A stretch of DNA of 64,000 nt from Eledone cirrhosa (taxonomy: Eukaryota). Numbering within the stretch: the first letter of the stretch is position 1; each line of letters begins with the position of its first letter. A program made the position numbers and the translations under genes. The notes beneath the pieces are model-generated. The model was not told where the DNA came from and ran no database searches. It saw only the letters and a list, made by a program, of their open reading frames with translations. Below are positions 43,091 through 56,124 of the stretch, in pieces. The DNA lies in the NCBI GenBank assembly GCA_964016885.1, contig OZ024740.1, positions 102,672,001-102,736,000 on the forward strand. The letters are read 5' to 3'.

Positions 43091-46000
43091 AGACGTAAAT
43101 AGAGTGAACGACAGAATAATTAAAATACGACTTGTCCTCAATAGAACTACGGTGACAGTAATATCTGCGTACGCACCCCAATCCGGACTGCCCGGCACTA
43201 TAAAAGACAGATTCCATGAGACACTGATGCTAACTACCTCCCAAATATCCGACAGTGACTATATAATTATTGCAGGCGACCTAAATGGTCACGTTGGACA
43301 ACATTGTGACGGCTACGACGAAATCCATGGAGGCTATGGGTTTGGTACTAGAAATGAGGAAGGCTCCAGAATCCTGGAATTCTGTGATGCAAATAACCTA
43401 ACTATCTGTAACACTAACTTCAAAAAACGTGACAATCACCTGATCACCTATAGATCCGGGGAACACACAAGCCAGGTAGATTATATCCTTACCAGAAGAC
43501 GTGACAGAGTGTCTGTTGTAAACACTAAATCCCTCCCCCATGAAGAATGCACCTCCCAACATAGACTGATAATTAGCGACCTCATAGTCAGGACGAGACG
43601 TACTCGACAGCAGAAGAGGACTATCCTCAGGAGAAAAATATGGAAGCTAAAGGACCCCACAGCCAGAAATAAATTTCAAAGCATATTACTTGATGCTTTC
43701 GACAGTAAGGAAGAACCTTTAGAGTCGGACAATATAGAGGGACAGTGGGAATTTCTGAAAGCAAACCTGCTGGTGGCGACAGACGAAGTCTGTGGCTGGA
43801 GCAGGCCTGTAGGCAGGAGGAGAGTAACATGGTGGTGGAACAGTAAGGTGGAGGGGTCAATTAAGGCCAAAAAGCAGGCTTGGAAAGTATGGCGGGATGG
43901 GGGAAGTAGAGAAGACTATCAAGTGGCCAGGAGGGAAGCTAGGAGACAAGTGTACTTAGCAAGAAGGGAAGCTGAGGAAAGAAAGTTCAAGCATGTTCTA
44001 CAACGCGAGGACCAAAAACGTGAGGTGTTCAGGATTGCTAGGCAATGCGTCAAGGAAAACCGTGATATTGTCGGGGAGAAGTGTGTACTTAACGATGATG
44101 GCATACTTGCCATCACCGACGCTGATAAGAAGGTAGCTTGGAAGTGTCACTATGAAAGGCTACTAAATGAGGAGAATAAATGGGAGAAAGACAGTCTCCC
44201 CCATATCGACCCAATAGAGGGACCAGCAGTGTTAGTCGAGGGGAGTATAATAAGTAAGGCAATCAAGGATATGAAGACGGGTAAGACGGCTGGGCCTTCG
44301 GAAATAGTTGCTGAGATGCTGAAGGCATCTGGCACGGTGGGACACACCATGGTCACCCGTATAGTTAACCAAGTCATACAGAATGGGGTTGTTCCGAAGG
44401 ACTGGCATAGCAGCATCATCGTTAACTGTTATAAGGGTAAAGGAGACGCCCTAGATAGGAGTAACTATAGAGGCATTAAATTAATCGACCAGGTCATGAA
44501 GGTCACGGATAAAGTAATAGCACAACTAATCAGAGAGCAAATTGACCTAGATGAAATGCAGTTCGGGTTTGTGTCAGGCAAAAGTACCACAGACGCTCTT
44601 TTCATTGTACGACAACTACAGGAGAAGTACCTAGCTAAAGGTAAACCCCTCTACTTAGCTTTTGTCGACTTGGAGAAAGCCTTCGACAGAGTCCCCCGCT
44701 CCATTATCTGGTGGGCTCTTAGAAAACTAGGCATTGACGAATGGCTTGTGAGAGCTATACAAGCCATGTATAAAGAAACAGTCAGCAAGGTTAGAATTAA
44801 CAACGAATATAGTGAAGAGTTTAGCGTAAAAGTTGGCATCCATCAGCGCTCTGTTCTCAGCCCCCTACTATTTATTATTGCCCTTCAGGCTATAACAGAG
44901 GAGTTCAAGACCGGCTGCCCATGGGAACTCCTATACGCAGACGACCTGACACTCATAGCGGAATCAATGGCCGAGCTAGAGAAGAAATTCCAAACATGGA
45001 AGCACGGCCTAGAATCAAAAGGACTTAAAATTAACCTGGCTAAGACTAAAGTTCTAGTTTGTAGGCAAGAAAATAAGGCGGCGGTCCCTTCTGGGAAATG
45101 GTCGTGCTTGGTGTGTAGGAAAGGCGTAGGTAGAAACTCCATTTTATGTCCTAAATGCAAAGTATGGGTGCATAAAAGATGTAGTGGGATCACGGGTAAG
45201 CTAACTAAGAACATAGATTTTACATGTGGCCAGTGCTCTGGGGCAATAAGTAGCAGCAAGTGCCCACAAAATACTAGCTCTTTCAATTGCGCAGAGGGTT
45301 CTATAGAAATAGTGGACAGCTTCCGTTACCTGGGTGATAAAATCAGCAGTGGGGGAGGGTGCTCTGAAAGTACAGTAGCTAGAGTCAGAACTGGTTGGAA
45401 AAAGTTCAGAGAGCTTATACCACTATTAGCTGCTAAAGGGTTCTCCCTAAAAATGAAATGCAGGTTGTACGATGCCTGCATACGAACAGCAATGTTGCAT
45501 GGCAGTGAGACCTGGGCATTGTGTGCAGAGGATATACGCAGACTAGAGAGGAACGAAGCTTGCATGCTCCGCTGGATGTGTAACAGTAATATACGTGAAC
45601 GGCAAAGCATAAACGAACTAAGGAAAAAATTAGAAATAAGAGGGATCAGATGTTGTTTACTCGAGAGAAGGCTACGTTGGTATGGACACGTGATGCGCAT
45701 GAAAGTCGATAGCTGTATAACAAAGTGCAGGGCAATAAAGATAGACGGTAGCCACGGAATAGGCAGACCTAGAAAAACCTGGGACGAGCTGATAAACTCC
45801 GACCTCACACACTTATACCTCTCCAAGACAATGTCGCTGGACCGAGACCTTTGGCGGTACTCAGTAACAGAGAAGACCCGCCTTACCTAAATACATAGTA
45901 AAACCTACTACAGCCAGTAGGCATCTCTAACAAAATACACCCCGTCCCACCACTACCACCCCCACCCCATCCACACCACTCCGTTCTATATAAAGTTATG

Positions 46001-46286
46001 TTGGTGCCACACCATCCAGGCCGAAACAAATGAGATCGTGTAGGTGTCACGACAAAAAAACACACAGTCCACGCTGTAATGTGGCCGTGTAGGCCACACG
46101 GTAAAAACCTCCCAGACCCACACTGTAAATGTGGTTGGTGTTAGGAAGGGCATCCAACCGTAGAAAACCTGCCAGACAGTCCTATGCGAGCAAGACAATC
46201 ACTCTTGCCTCAAGTGGGACTACCCCCGTCCAAACCCATGCAAGCGTGGAACACGGACGTTAAACGTTGATGATGATGATGATGAT
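43091..46286 (+). mobile_element. RTE family B, young copy with an uninterrupted ORF from mid-APE to the stop at 45890
   Basis: ~930 open codons: APE C-half, RT (YADD), C4HC3 finger at 45105-45236, RWYGHV; 3' UTR and (GAT)n. The ORF-track start at 42837 is microsatellite read-through. Confidence 0.98.
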
Positions 46287-46340
46287 ATATATATATATAT
46301 ATATACAATATATATATATACAATATATATATATATATAC

Positions 46341-49300
46341 CTTCCAAGCAAGATGATGTTTGCAAGATGGTATTTGCTGATGTGATGTTGCGATAGCTGA
46401 TCAATCCTACCTGAGATATAGTCGGCTTCAGCATTAAGATAAGCGTCGTCTAGTGATTTTTTGGCCATGATAAGCTTTATCTTTTTCCCTTGAGATGGTG
46501 ATTGATGGTGAGATTGGGATATTGACCTAAGATGGGCCCTTGCCTCAACTACCCTCTCTGAGGCACTAGGTTTCATTTGGCTTCGGCTTTTCTTTTTAGG
46601 TAGGGTGGCAAGTGCAACTTCCTCTGTTGATTGCTTAAGACAGCCATACACATCTTCAATATTATCGTCATTGATGTCAGAAGTTGAGAGAGATTGAAAT
46701 CTGTTATAGACTTGAAGCGTGAAGCTATTGGATAGTTGTTTGTTGGAAGAAACGGCTTTCCAGTCTATTCTTTTCATGGGATGAGGTTCGGCCCTCTTGG
46801 ATATCCTGAGGCTAAGTTTGATTGTTGCCGAGATGACTCGATGATCTGAGCCAACAGAGCTAAAGGAGGAATAAGATCTAGAATCTTTGATTGAGTTTCT
46901 CCATTTCTTGCGAAATATCAAATAGTCAATCTGAGCTCGTTTTTGGTTTGGGTATTCGAAGGTCCAAAGCTGGCCTCTGGTCTTCATGAAGCTGTTGTTT
47001 GAGCTGAATAGACTGAATTCTTCCATGAAGTCCTTGAGATATTCCCTGTTTCGGTTAGTAACCCTATTGTATGTGAACTTTACTTCATCCGGGCCAAGTT
47101 GAGCGTTGAGGTCTCCAGCGATGATAAGAAAGTTTTGTAAGGGTACTTGCTCAGCAACTGTGCGAAGGGTCGTGTAGAATTCTCTTACCTCATCCTCAGG
47201 AGAGGCGTTATGAGGACTGTATACACATATCGCAGTGGTTCTAGGATTGCCCTCTAGTGTAAGCACCAAGATTCTGGGAGAGATTGTTTCAATCCCCAGA
47301 AGATTATTGCTGGCTTTAGATGAGAGAAGGCAGCCGACTCCTCCGACGGAGGCATTGACAGGGTTCTTGGTGGCTGAAGAGGTGACAAGTTGGTAGGATC
47401 CTAGGGTGTGATACTTGAGATCATCCTTTGGGTGGAAAAAGCGGTGTTCTTGGACCGCAAGGATGTCAATGTTCTGAAGTTTGGCATTCTCTGCCAGCTC
47501 CTGGAGTCTACCTGTTGGAAGAAGGGTTCTGGTGTTCAAGGAGCTAACTATCATTTGCGTTTTACAGCTAACTAAGCGAGATTTGCTTGTTATTTGGTTA
47601 GGACCTGTTTCTTCTCCATCAGATGAACCCCGTCCCTTGAGATTTGAGGATTCATCATCATTCGATGCCTTTGTAGGTGCATTATGATCAGAAACAGGAC
47701 CCGGGAAAGCAGGGGCTGAATCTATATCAACAGGTATACCATACAGTGTGGTTCCCTGAGGAACAGGAACCCTGGTGCAGTTAGTTGCGAAATCCATCAT
47801 CTTTTCAAATAGCTAATAATGTGTGTGGGCGCCACTACTACACACATGTGAAAGAATTTGACAGCCAAGTCTTGAAGAAGGTGCTTTCTCCTCCATGTGG
47901 TGGGTTACCCGGCGCCAGATACCAACCTGGCATTTATACCCTCGCCCTAATTGTTCGTGTTGCAAGCACTAGAGTAGTCGCTAACCAAAGCTACGGACCC
48001 ACTCTATCCGTCTGGAGATACGTTGTACTAGCTTACCAGCATACTAGTAGCAGGAAGTTGACTTTTCCGGTACTGCAGCGCCTTTCGGCGGGCCGTGCTG
48101 GTTTTGGATGGCCATTGACTCCAAGAGCTCTTAAGAGCTCCCAGGAGTTCCTTTGCCCTTTGACAGGTTTTATTTTTAGTCCTGCAGGATGTCCAAAGTC
48201 ACCCTCCTCACCAAGAAACCTTGGTGGGGTTGCCAGTTTAGTCGCCAACGACCCGACCATGAGACAGGTTGTACTGGGATACACTGGCTCAAAATCTGAC
48301 GTTAGAATCAAAGGAGGCTCTGCCAAAAAACGTCTTGAAAATTGGTCTGCTCATTTTAAAAACCTTCTAGGGAAAAAGGCCAGACTCCCTGATAACTATC
48401 AACTGCCATCCGTTCAGGTTTCAGAGCCTTTAGGAATCAACACCTCTCCTTTCACCATGCATGAGCTCAAAGAAGCCATCAAACAGCTCAAAGTCTCAAA
48501 AGCCTTTGGGCCGGATAATATACCTACCCTGATTTGGAAGGATGAGCATTTCCACATCCTTTTGCTCAACTTATGTAACCATACTTTCGAGACCAATAAA
48601 CCACCTAGCGTCTGGCATTCAGCTCAAATTATCCCCATGCCCAAAAAAAGGAGATCTTTCTTTAGCCACCAACTATAGAGGAATTTCTCTCATGGCAATT
48701 GCTGCAAAAATATACAACAAGCTTCTTCTTAACCGCTTAATCCCATTTCTTGAGCCAATCCTTCGTAACAACCAGAATGGATTTAGGAGAGGTAGATCAA
48801 CACTTAGCCAGATTCTCTGCCTTCGCTGACTTATAGAGGAGTCCCAAAACCGCAATCTAGACCTTGCACTCATCTTTGTTGATTTTTCAAAAGCCTTCGA
48901 CTCAGTTGACAGGTCGGGGATGTTTGAAATTCTACAACTCTATGGGATTCCTGATAAAATCATCGCGGCCATACGTGTAATGTATACAGATACCAAATCA
49001 ACTGCCCTGACCCCAGATGGGGAAACACCACCTTTCTCAATCCTCGCTGGAATTTTACAGGGCGATACCCTTGCTCCGTATCTATTTATCATTGTTGTGG
49101 ATTATGTTTTGCGCATGTCTGTGGATAGGATTCAGGATAGGGGATACCAACTACAGCCTAGGAGAAGCTCACGCTACCCAGCAAAATACTTGACCGACAC
49201 CGACTTTGCTGACGACATCGCATTGATCAGTCGGTCACTGGAAAATGCTGAGAGTTTTTTGAAGTCATTAGAGCAAGCGTCTAACTGTGTTGGACTGTAC

Positions 49301-49965
49301 CTCAATGAATCCAAGACTGAGTATGTGAACAGATGCGCAAACAGCCCAAACTACCCCATCAGAACCCTTAATGGTACCACCCTTAAGCAGGTGGAAGATT
49401 ACAAGTATCTTGGCTCATATATCTCCTCCTCCAAAAAAGATTTTCTAACCAGGAAGGGTATGGCATGGTCAGCGTGCAATGACATGCACGCCATATGGAC
49501 ATCTCAACTTACCAACAAGCTAAAACTGGAAATATTCCAAGCAACCATTAAGCCCATATTACTTTATGGATCCGAAACTTGGACACTAACATCACAACTT
49601 GAGAGGAGATTGGATGGCACATATACCGGCCTCTTAATGAGAGTGCAAAACCTATTCTGGAAACGACATCCCACCTTGTCTAAAATCTATGGCAAATCCC
49701 TTGAGCCTCTGCCCTTCTAAAATCCCGGAGAGCTCAATTTGCTGGCCACTGTCACCGTGCCAGCAATGAAATCATATCCGCTCTCTTGCTCTGGAACCCT
49801 GACTCCAGCCTGACTAGGAGTAGGAAGCTGTCATTCCCTGACGTTATCTCTAGGGATACGGGAATCAGTAGACAGGACATGGGGGCAGCGATGGGGGACA
49901 GGGAATTCTGGGGCATGAGAGTGAGATCCATCATCTCGACAGTAGTCGACAAGTGATGATGATGA
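46341..49965. mobile_element. RTE-clade LINE family D (divergent, no finger), near full length with 5' inversion (minus 46341-~48288, plus ~48282-49965)
   Basis: Minus: 5' UTR and APE (SLNTRTL, VQEHR, GDLNAQ, QIDY, SDH) ending at HLAWK; plus: TGSKS.., NYRGISL, FVDFSKAFD, QGDTLAP, FADD, FAGHCHR, (TGA)n tail. Confidence 0.93.
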
Positions 49966-50001
49966 TATATATACAATATATATATACAATATATATATAC
50001 A

Positions 50002-50032
<31 letters not shown>

Positions 50033-50068
50033 ATATATATATATATATATATACAATATATATATATA

Positions 50069-53000
50069 TGTCCAAAATTCGAAGATTTTATTTAAATCCT
50101 CTCGTAAAATGCCCCATTTGTTTTTCTTAAAAAATAACAATCTCGTTTGTTTAATTATGGCCGAAAATTCTAGGATTTATAAAATGGCCTCCCTTGTCCC
50201 TCCCAATCTTTACCCCCACACCCCACTATATCGTATATGCGCCTGCTGGTTCCCTCTTTGAATCACTCCCTTCTCTCACCAAATATAAATAAACCTGTTA
50301 CGAGGTACGAATCTCAGAATTTGTCAACTCTTATTAATGGTCAGACCTGCTCACTCTCCTGCGAAATGTAATGTAAAATGCCATTTTTTTCTTGTCTCTC
50401 CATCCTCTCGGTCCATTCATTCATATATCCGTATCATCGCCCAGAATCCAATCTTTGCTCTTTCTCAATGCTATTCTATAATTCTGTCTGGTTGTTCTAA
50501 ATAATCTTCTTGTATTTTAAAATCCCATTATTCGCTTATTACTGTTATATGCTTGTCCAATTATGCCCAAAATTCGAGGATTTTATTTAAACCCTCTCGC
50601 TAACTACCCAAGACCCCTCCCACTCGCCACAATTATTATTTGGACCAATCATAAGTCAGTGGCCTATGCTATCACTTCTTCTGGTTGCTTTTCGATATGA
50701 TGGATGGACTAAGGAATTCTGGAGAGTCTGAAAAATCTGGACACTCAGTGACAATGCCAAAGATAAAGACAAATTCACGTTATGCTGCCAGACGAAAAGG
50801 CAAGGACTCCTCTTCTTTGTTTCGGCCGCGGATGGCCAACATAACCCCATCCCCCTCACCCCTCCCCACGCCCCACCGTTCCCACCCACCAAACACAATC
50901 CAAAACTTCAGTATTGGTACCATGAATGTAGGCACCTTAAAAGGTCGCTCTAATGAGGTTGTAGAAATGCTTAAACGTAAGGAGGTTGATGTTTGCTGTA
51001 TCCAAGAGACCAGGTGGAGGGCTGGGTCTGCTAGATTCATTGTGGGTAAAAAACGATGCTGTAAGCTTTTCTGGGAGGGAAATGACAATGGGCTGGGTCG
51101 GGTAGGAATCATGTTAGCAGAAAAATGGGTAGATAAGATAATAAACGTAAATAGAGTGAACGACAGAATAATTAAAATAAAACTTGTCCTAAATAGAACT
51201 ACTGTGACAGTAATATCTGCGTATGCACCCCAATCCAGACTGCCTGGCGCTATAAAAGACAGATTCTATGAGACATTGATGCTCACTACCTCCCAAATAA
51301 CTGACAGTGACTACAGAATTATTGCTGGCGACCTAAATGGTCACATTGGACAACATTGTGACGGCTATGACGGAATCCATGGAGGCTATGGGTTTGGTAC
51401 TAGAAATGAGGAAGGCTCCAGAATCCTGGAATTCTGTGACGTAAATAACTTAACTATCTGTAACACTAACTTCAAAAAATGAGACAATCACTTGATCACC
51501 TATAGATCAGTGGAACACGCCAATCAGATTATATCCTTACCAGAAGTCCTGATAGAGTGTCTGTTGTAAACACTAAATACCTCCCCCATGAAGAATGCAC
51601 CTCCCAACATAGACTCATAGTCAGTGACCTCATAGTCAGGACAAGACGTACTCGACAACAGAGGAGGACTATCCTCAGGAGAAAAATATGGAAGCTAAAG
51701 GACCCCACAGCCAGTAATAAATTTAAAAGCATATTACTTGATGCTTTTGACAGTAAGAAAGAGCAATTAGAGTCGTACAATATAGAGGAACAGTGGGAAT
51801 TCCTGAAAGCTAACCTGCTGAAGGCGGCAGATGAAGTCTGTGGTTGGAGCAGGCCTATAGGCAGGAGGAGAGTAACGTGGTGGTGGAACAGTAAGGTGGA
51901 GGAGTCAATTAAGGCCAAAAAGCAAGCTTGGAAAGTATGGCGGGATGGGGGAAGTAGAGAAGACTATCAAGTGGCCAGGAGGGAAGCTAGGAGACAAGTG
52001 TACTTCGCAAGAAGGGAAACAGAGGAAAGAAAGTTCAAGCATGTTCTACAACGCGAGGACCAAAAATGTGAGGTGTTCAGGATTGCTAGGCAATGTGTCA
52101 AGGAAAACCATGATATTGTCGGGGAGAAGTGTGTCCTTAATGATGATGGTGTACTTGCCATCACTGACGCTGATAAGAAGGTAGCTTGGAAGTGTCACTA
52201 TGAAAGGCTACTAAATGAGGAGAATAAATGGGAGAAAGACAGTCTCCCCCATATCGACCCAATAGAGGGACCAGCAGTGCTAGTTGAAGGTAGTATAATA
52301 AGTAAGGCAATCAAAGATATGAAGACGAGTAAGGCGGCTGGGCCTTCGGAAATAGTTGCTGAAATGCTGAAAGCATCTGGAACGGTGGGACACACTATGG
52401 TCACCCGGATAGTAAACCAAGTCATACAGAATGGGGTCGTTCCGAAGGACTGGCGTAGCAGCAGCATCATTAACTGCTACAAGGGTAAAGGAGATGCCCT
52501 AGATAGGAGTAACTATAGCGGTATTAAATTAATCGGCCAGGTCATGAAGGTCACAGAAAAAGTAATAGCGCAACTAATCAGAGAGCGAATTGATCTAGAC
52601 GGAATGCAGTTCGGGTTTGTGTCAGGTAAAAGTACCACAGATGCTCTTTTCATTGTACGACAACTACAGGAGAAGTACCTAGTTAAAAGTAAACCCCTCT
52701 ACTTAGCTTTTGTTGACTTGGAGAAAGCCTTTGACAGAGTCCCTTGCTCCATTATCTGGTGGGCTCTTAGAAAACTAGGTGTTGATGAATGGCTTGTGAG
52801 AGCTATACAAGCCATGTATAAAGAAACAGCAAGGTTAGAATTAACAACGAATATAGTGAAGAGTTTAGCGTAAAAGTTGGTGTTCATCAGGGCTCCGTTC
52901 TTAGCCCCCTACTATTTATTATTGCCCTTCAGGCTATAACAGAGAAGTTCAAGACCGGCTGCCTATGGGAACTCCTATACGCAGATGATCTAACGCTCAT

Positions 53001-53312
53001 AGCTGAATCAATGGCTGAACTAGAGAAGAAATTCAAAACATGGAAGCATGGCCTAGAATCAAAAGGCCTTAAAATTAACCTGTCTAACACTAAAGTTCTA
53101 GTTTGTAGGAAGGAAAATAGGGCACCGGTCCCATATGGGAAATGGCCATGTTCAGTGTGTAGGAAAAGAGTAGGCAGAAACTCCATTTTATGTCCCAAAT
53201 GCAAACTATGGGTGCATAAAAATGTAGTGGGATCACAGGTAAGCTAACTAAGAATATAGATTTTATATGTGGCCGGTGCTCTGGTGCAATAAGTAGCAGC
53301 AAGTGCCCACAG
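50069..53312 (+). mobile_element. RTE family B with 5' UTR and ORF start, 3' end missing, pseudogenised
   Basis: APE 50685-51482, RT 51557-52873, finger to ~53280; stops and frameshifts. Confidence 0.95.
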
Positions 53313-53333
53313 AATTATTATTATTATTATTAT

Positions 53334-53670
53334 GGAGGCACATGGCTTAGTGGTTAGAGCATTGACCTTGCAATCGAAAGGTTGTGAGTTCAATTCTCAG
53401 ACCGGGTGATGTGTTGTTTCCTTGAGCAAGACACTTTATTTCATATTGCTCCAGTTTACTCAGCTGTAGAAATGATATGATATGGACTGGGGTCCATATC
53501 ATTCCACTGCAAAGTGGTCGTGGAGGTGCCACGGCAAAAAAGCACCCAGCACTCACTGTAAACGAGGTTGGTGTTAGGAAGGGCATCTAGCTGTAGAAAT
53601 CAAGCCAGAATCAGTTCCCGTCCCACCCTTGCAAGCAGGGAAAAAGCGGACGTAAAATGAAATGATGATG

Positions 53671-53672
<2 letters not shown>
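53334..53672 (+). mobile_element. Full-length tRNA-derived SINE (CORE-like body, RTE-derived bipartite 3' part)
   Basis: A-box TGGCTTAGTGG, B-box GAGTTCAATTC, CCTTGAGCAAGACACTT, RTE UTR module, terminal hairpin, (GAT)n. Confidence 0.93.
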
Positions 53673-53725
<53 letters not shown>

Positions 53726-53727
<2 letters not shown>

Positions 53728-55636
53728 AAGGCTACAGGCCATGACTGGCTATTATTATTATTGCTGCTGTATTCTATCGGCTACTTTGCCATTTTGCCAT
53801 GCTGTATTCTATCGGTTAGTTTGTTAGCCTTGATGGCGAGCTTCTCTCTATGATGGCTACCCTCTCTCTATCTCTCTCTCTCTATTTATCTCTAAGACAC
53901 CTATTACCTCCCGTTCCCTCTTCACCCATTCCTCCTCACCCATCTTGAAGTTATTGAAGAGATAAGACACACTCTACTCTGAAAGGCTAAAATGAATCAC
54001 TAGAGTTGATTTAGCTACGTTCCAGCCATCCATCCATCCATCCAAATCTTGTCAGGTATTTCAGCTACCACAACACATCTAATTTGTTATCCTCATTTTC
54101 CCTACCATGCTGACTCTCTATCTGTCTATTTTTCCATCAAAGGCTACAGGCCATGACTGGCTATATTATTATTGAAGCTGCATTCACTTCTATAGGTTAT
54201 TTTGATGACATGACTGGCTGCCTCCCACCCCTCACACCACCATAGCCTATTCGACCAATCAAACCTCAGCATGTCATTTCTTCTACTACTACTACTACTA
54301 CCTAACTCTCTCCTCCCCCGTCCCAGCCCAACACACTTTGCCATTATTACCACCACCAGTGTTCTTCTAGCCCTGAATTTTCCTACCGTTACGTATGGAT
54401 GAGCTGTGAATAAATTGGAGCAACTCAGAATTAATAGAAGAAATGAATATGAATCCGCGAGCTACCAAGCACCCATGTGAAGCCCCAATCCAGAGAGAGG
54501 AAGCACACACACACCCCTTCAAAAATCGACCCTTCCCTACGAGTGTCGACAAATGCCCAAAACTCCGAGTTGGTACCATCAATGAAAGCACAATGAAAGG
54601 AAGAGCAGGAGAAATCATAGAAATGCTAGAGTGAAAGGAAATTGATGTATGCTGTGTGCAAGAGACAAGATGGAGAGGAGGGTCTGCTAGAGTCCTTGTA
54701 GGAAAAAGTCAGTGCTACAAATTTTTCTGGGTGGGAAATGACGATGAGATGGGTGGTGTAGGTATACTACTAGCTGACAAGTGGGTAGATAAAGTAATCT
54801 TAGTGTACAGGGTAAATGCAAGAATCATTAAACTCAGACTAGTCCTGAATAAAACAATTACCACAATAATATCAGCTTACGCACCCCAATCGGGGTTGTC
54901 AGACGAACTTAGGGATAGATTTTACGAGTCCCTAATGCACACTACTGCTCTAATAAACGACAATGACTTCCTAATCATCGCAGGAGATTTTAATGGACAC
55001 GTAGGTAAACACTGTGACGGCTTCAATAGAGTCCATGGAGGCCATGGGGTTGGCACAAGAAATGAAGAAGGATTCAGACTTCTAGAATTCTGCGACGCAA
55101 TGACATTTCGATATGTAACACAAACTTCAAAAAACCCGACAACCACTTGATCACCTATAGATCAGGGGAGCACTCTAGTCAGATAGATTTTATCCTCATC
55201 AGAGGATGTGACAGATGGACAGCTGCATAAAATGGTGCAGAGCACTAAAAGTGGAGGGAAGACCTGGGATGAGGTGATAAAAGCTGACCTTGCCCAATTG
55301 CACCTGTCAAAGGTGATGACACAGGACCGAGACCTCTGGCATTACGCAGTAATACAAAAGACTCACGGGTACAAGCCGAAGCTGAAGCATATAGACAGTA
55401 TGCCCTCAACCCACTCCCACTGTAAAGCACCCAGCCCACACTGTAAAGTGATCATGTAGGTGCCATTTTAAAAAAGCACCCTGGAAGGGCATCCAGCTGC
55501 AGAAATCAAGCCAAAATTGGTTTTGTATGAACAAGATATGGTCACTTGACCTGGCATTGCCCACAACAGGACAACCCATCTAACCCATGCTAACGTAGAA
55601 GAATGGTCGTAAAACGGTGATGACGATGATGATGAT
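53726..55636 (+). mobile_element. RTE family C-like element: 5' UTR and APE joined directly to the 3' end (RT deleted at ~55207)
   Basis: APE motifs in 54560-55205, then GKTWDEVIKADL..DRDLW, UTR and tail resembling 23816-24240. Confidence 0.9.
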
Positions 55637-56124
55637 ATACATACATACATACACAGTATTGTATATAGTATATTTATGAATGTGTAGTGTGTGTTAGTGA
55701 ATGTATAATTTTTTATGTAGTATACTTCTGGTAAAGCTGTGTACACTAGATGTACTATATTACTGTGGTCTTTGTGTATAATGTGCACCTCACTACTACC
55801 AGGTTCATGGAACAGGAAGTTTTATGTTGGTGTGTATGTAGTAGTAGTGACATGGCTGCAAAATATCTTTAAGATTTATTTAAAGAACACATTATAAGAT
55901 GTCACTAAAATGAATGGATGGATTGTGTACTTTGTTGATAGATCCGCAATACAATTATTTAGCCTGGTTCGTTAAACATACACACATACACACCCATCTA
56001 TATATATATATATATATATATATGTATTGAAGTTTCCGTTGAAAACAGAAAAAGTCATAGGAGTGAAGAGTGCTCTATGTAAGTACCAGAGCAAAATTTA
56101 ATGTATAAAAAACAATACAATATA

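Noticed and set aside
47785-48281. N-terminal half of the 297-aa + strand ORF
   Set aside because: Antisense of the inverted 5' UTR, fused by chance to the RT frame.
53334-53406. tRNA gene
   Set aside because: No acceptor stem; it is the head of a SINE.
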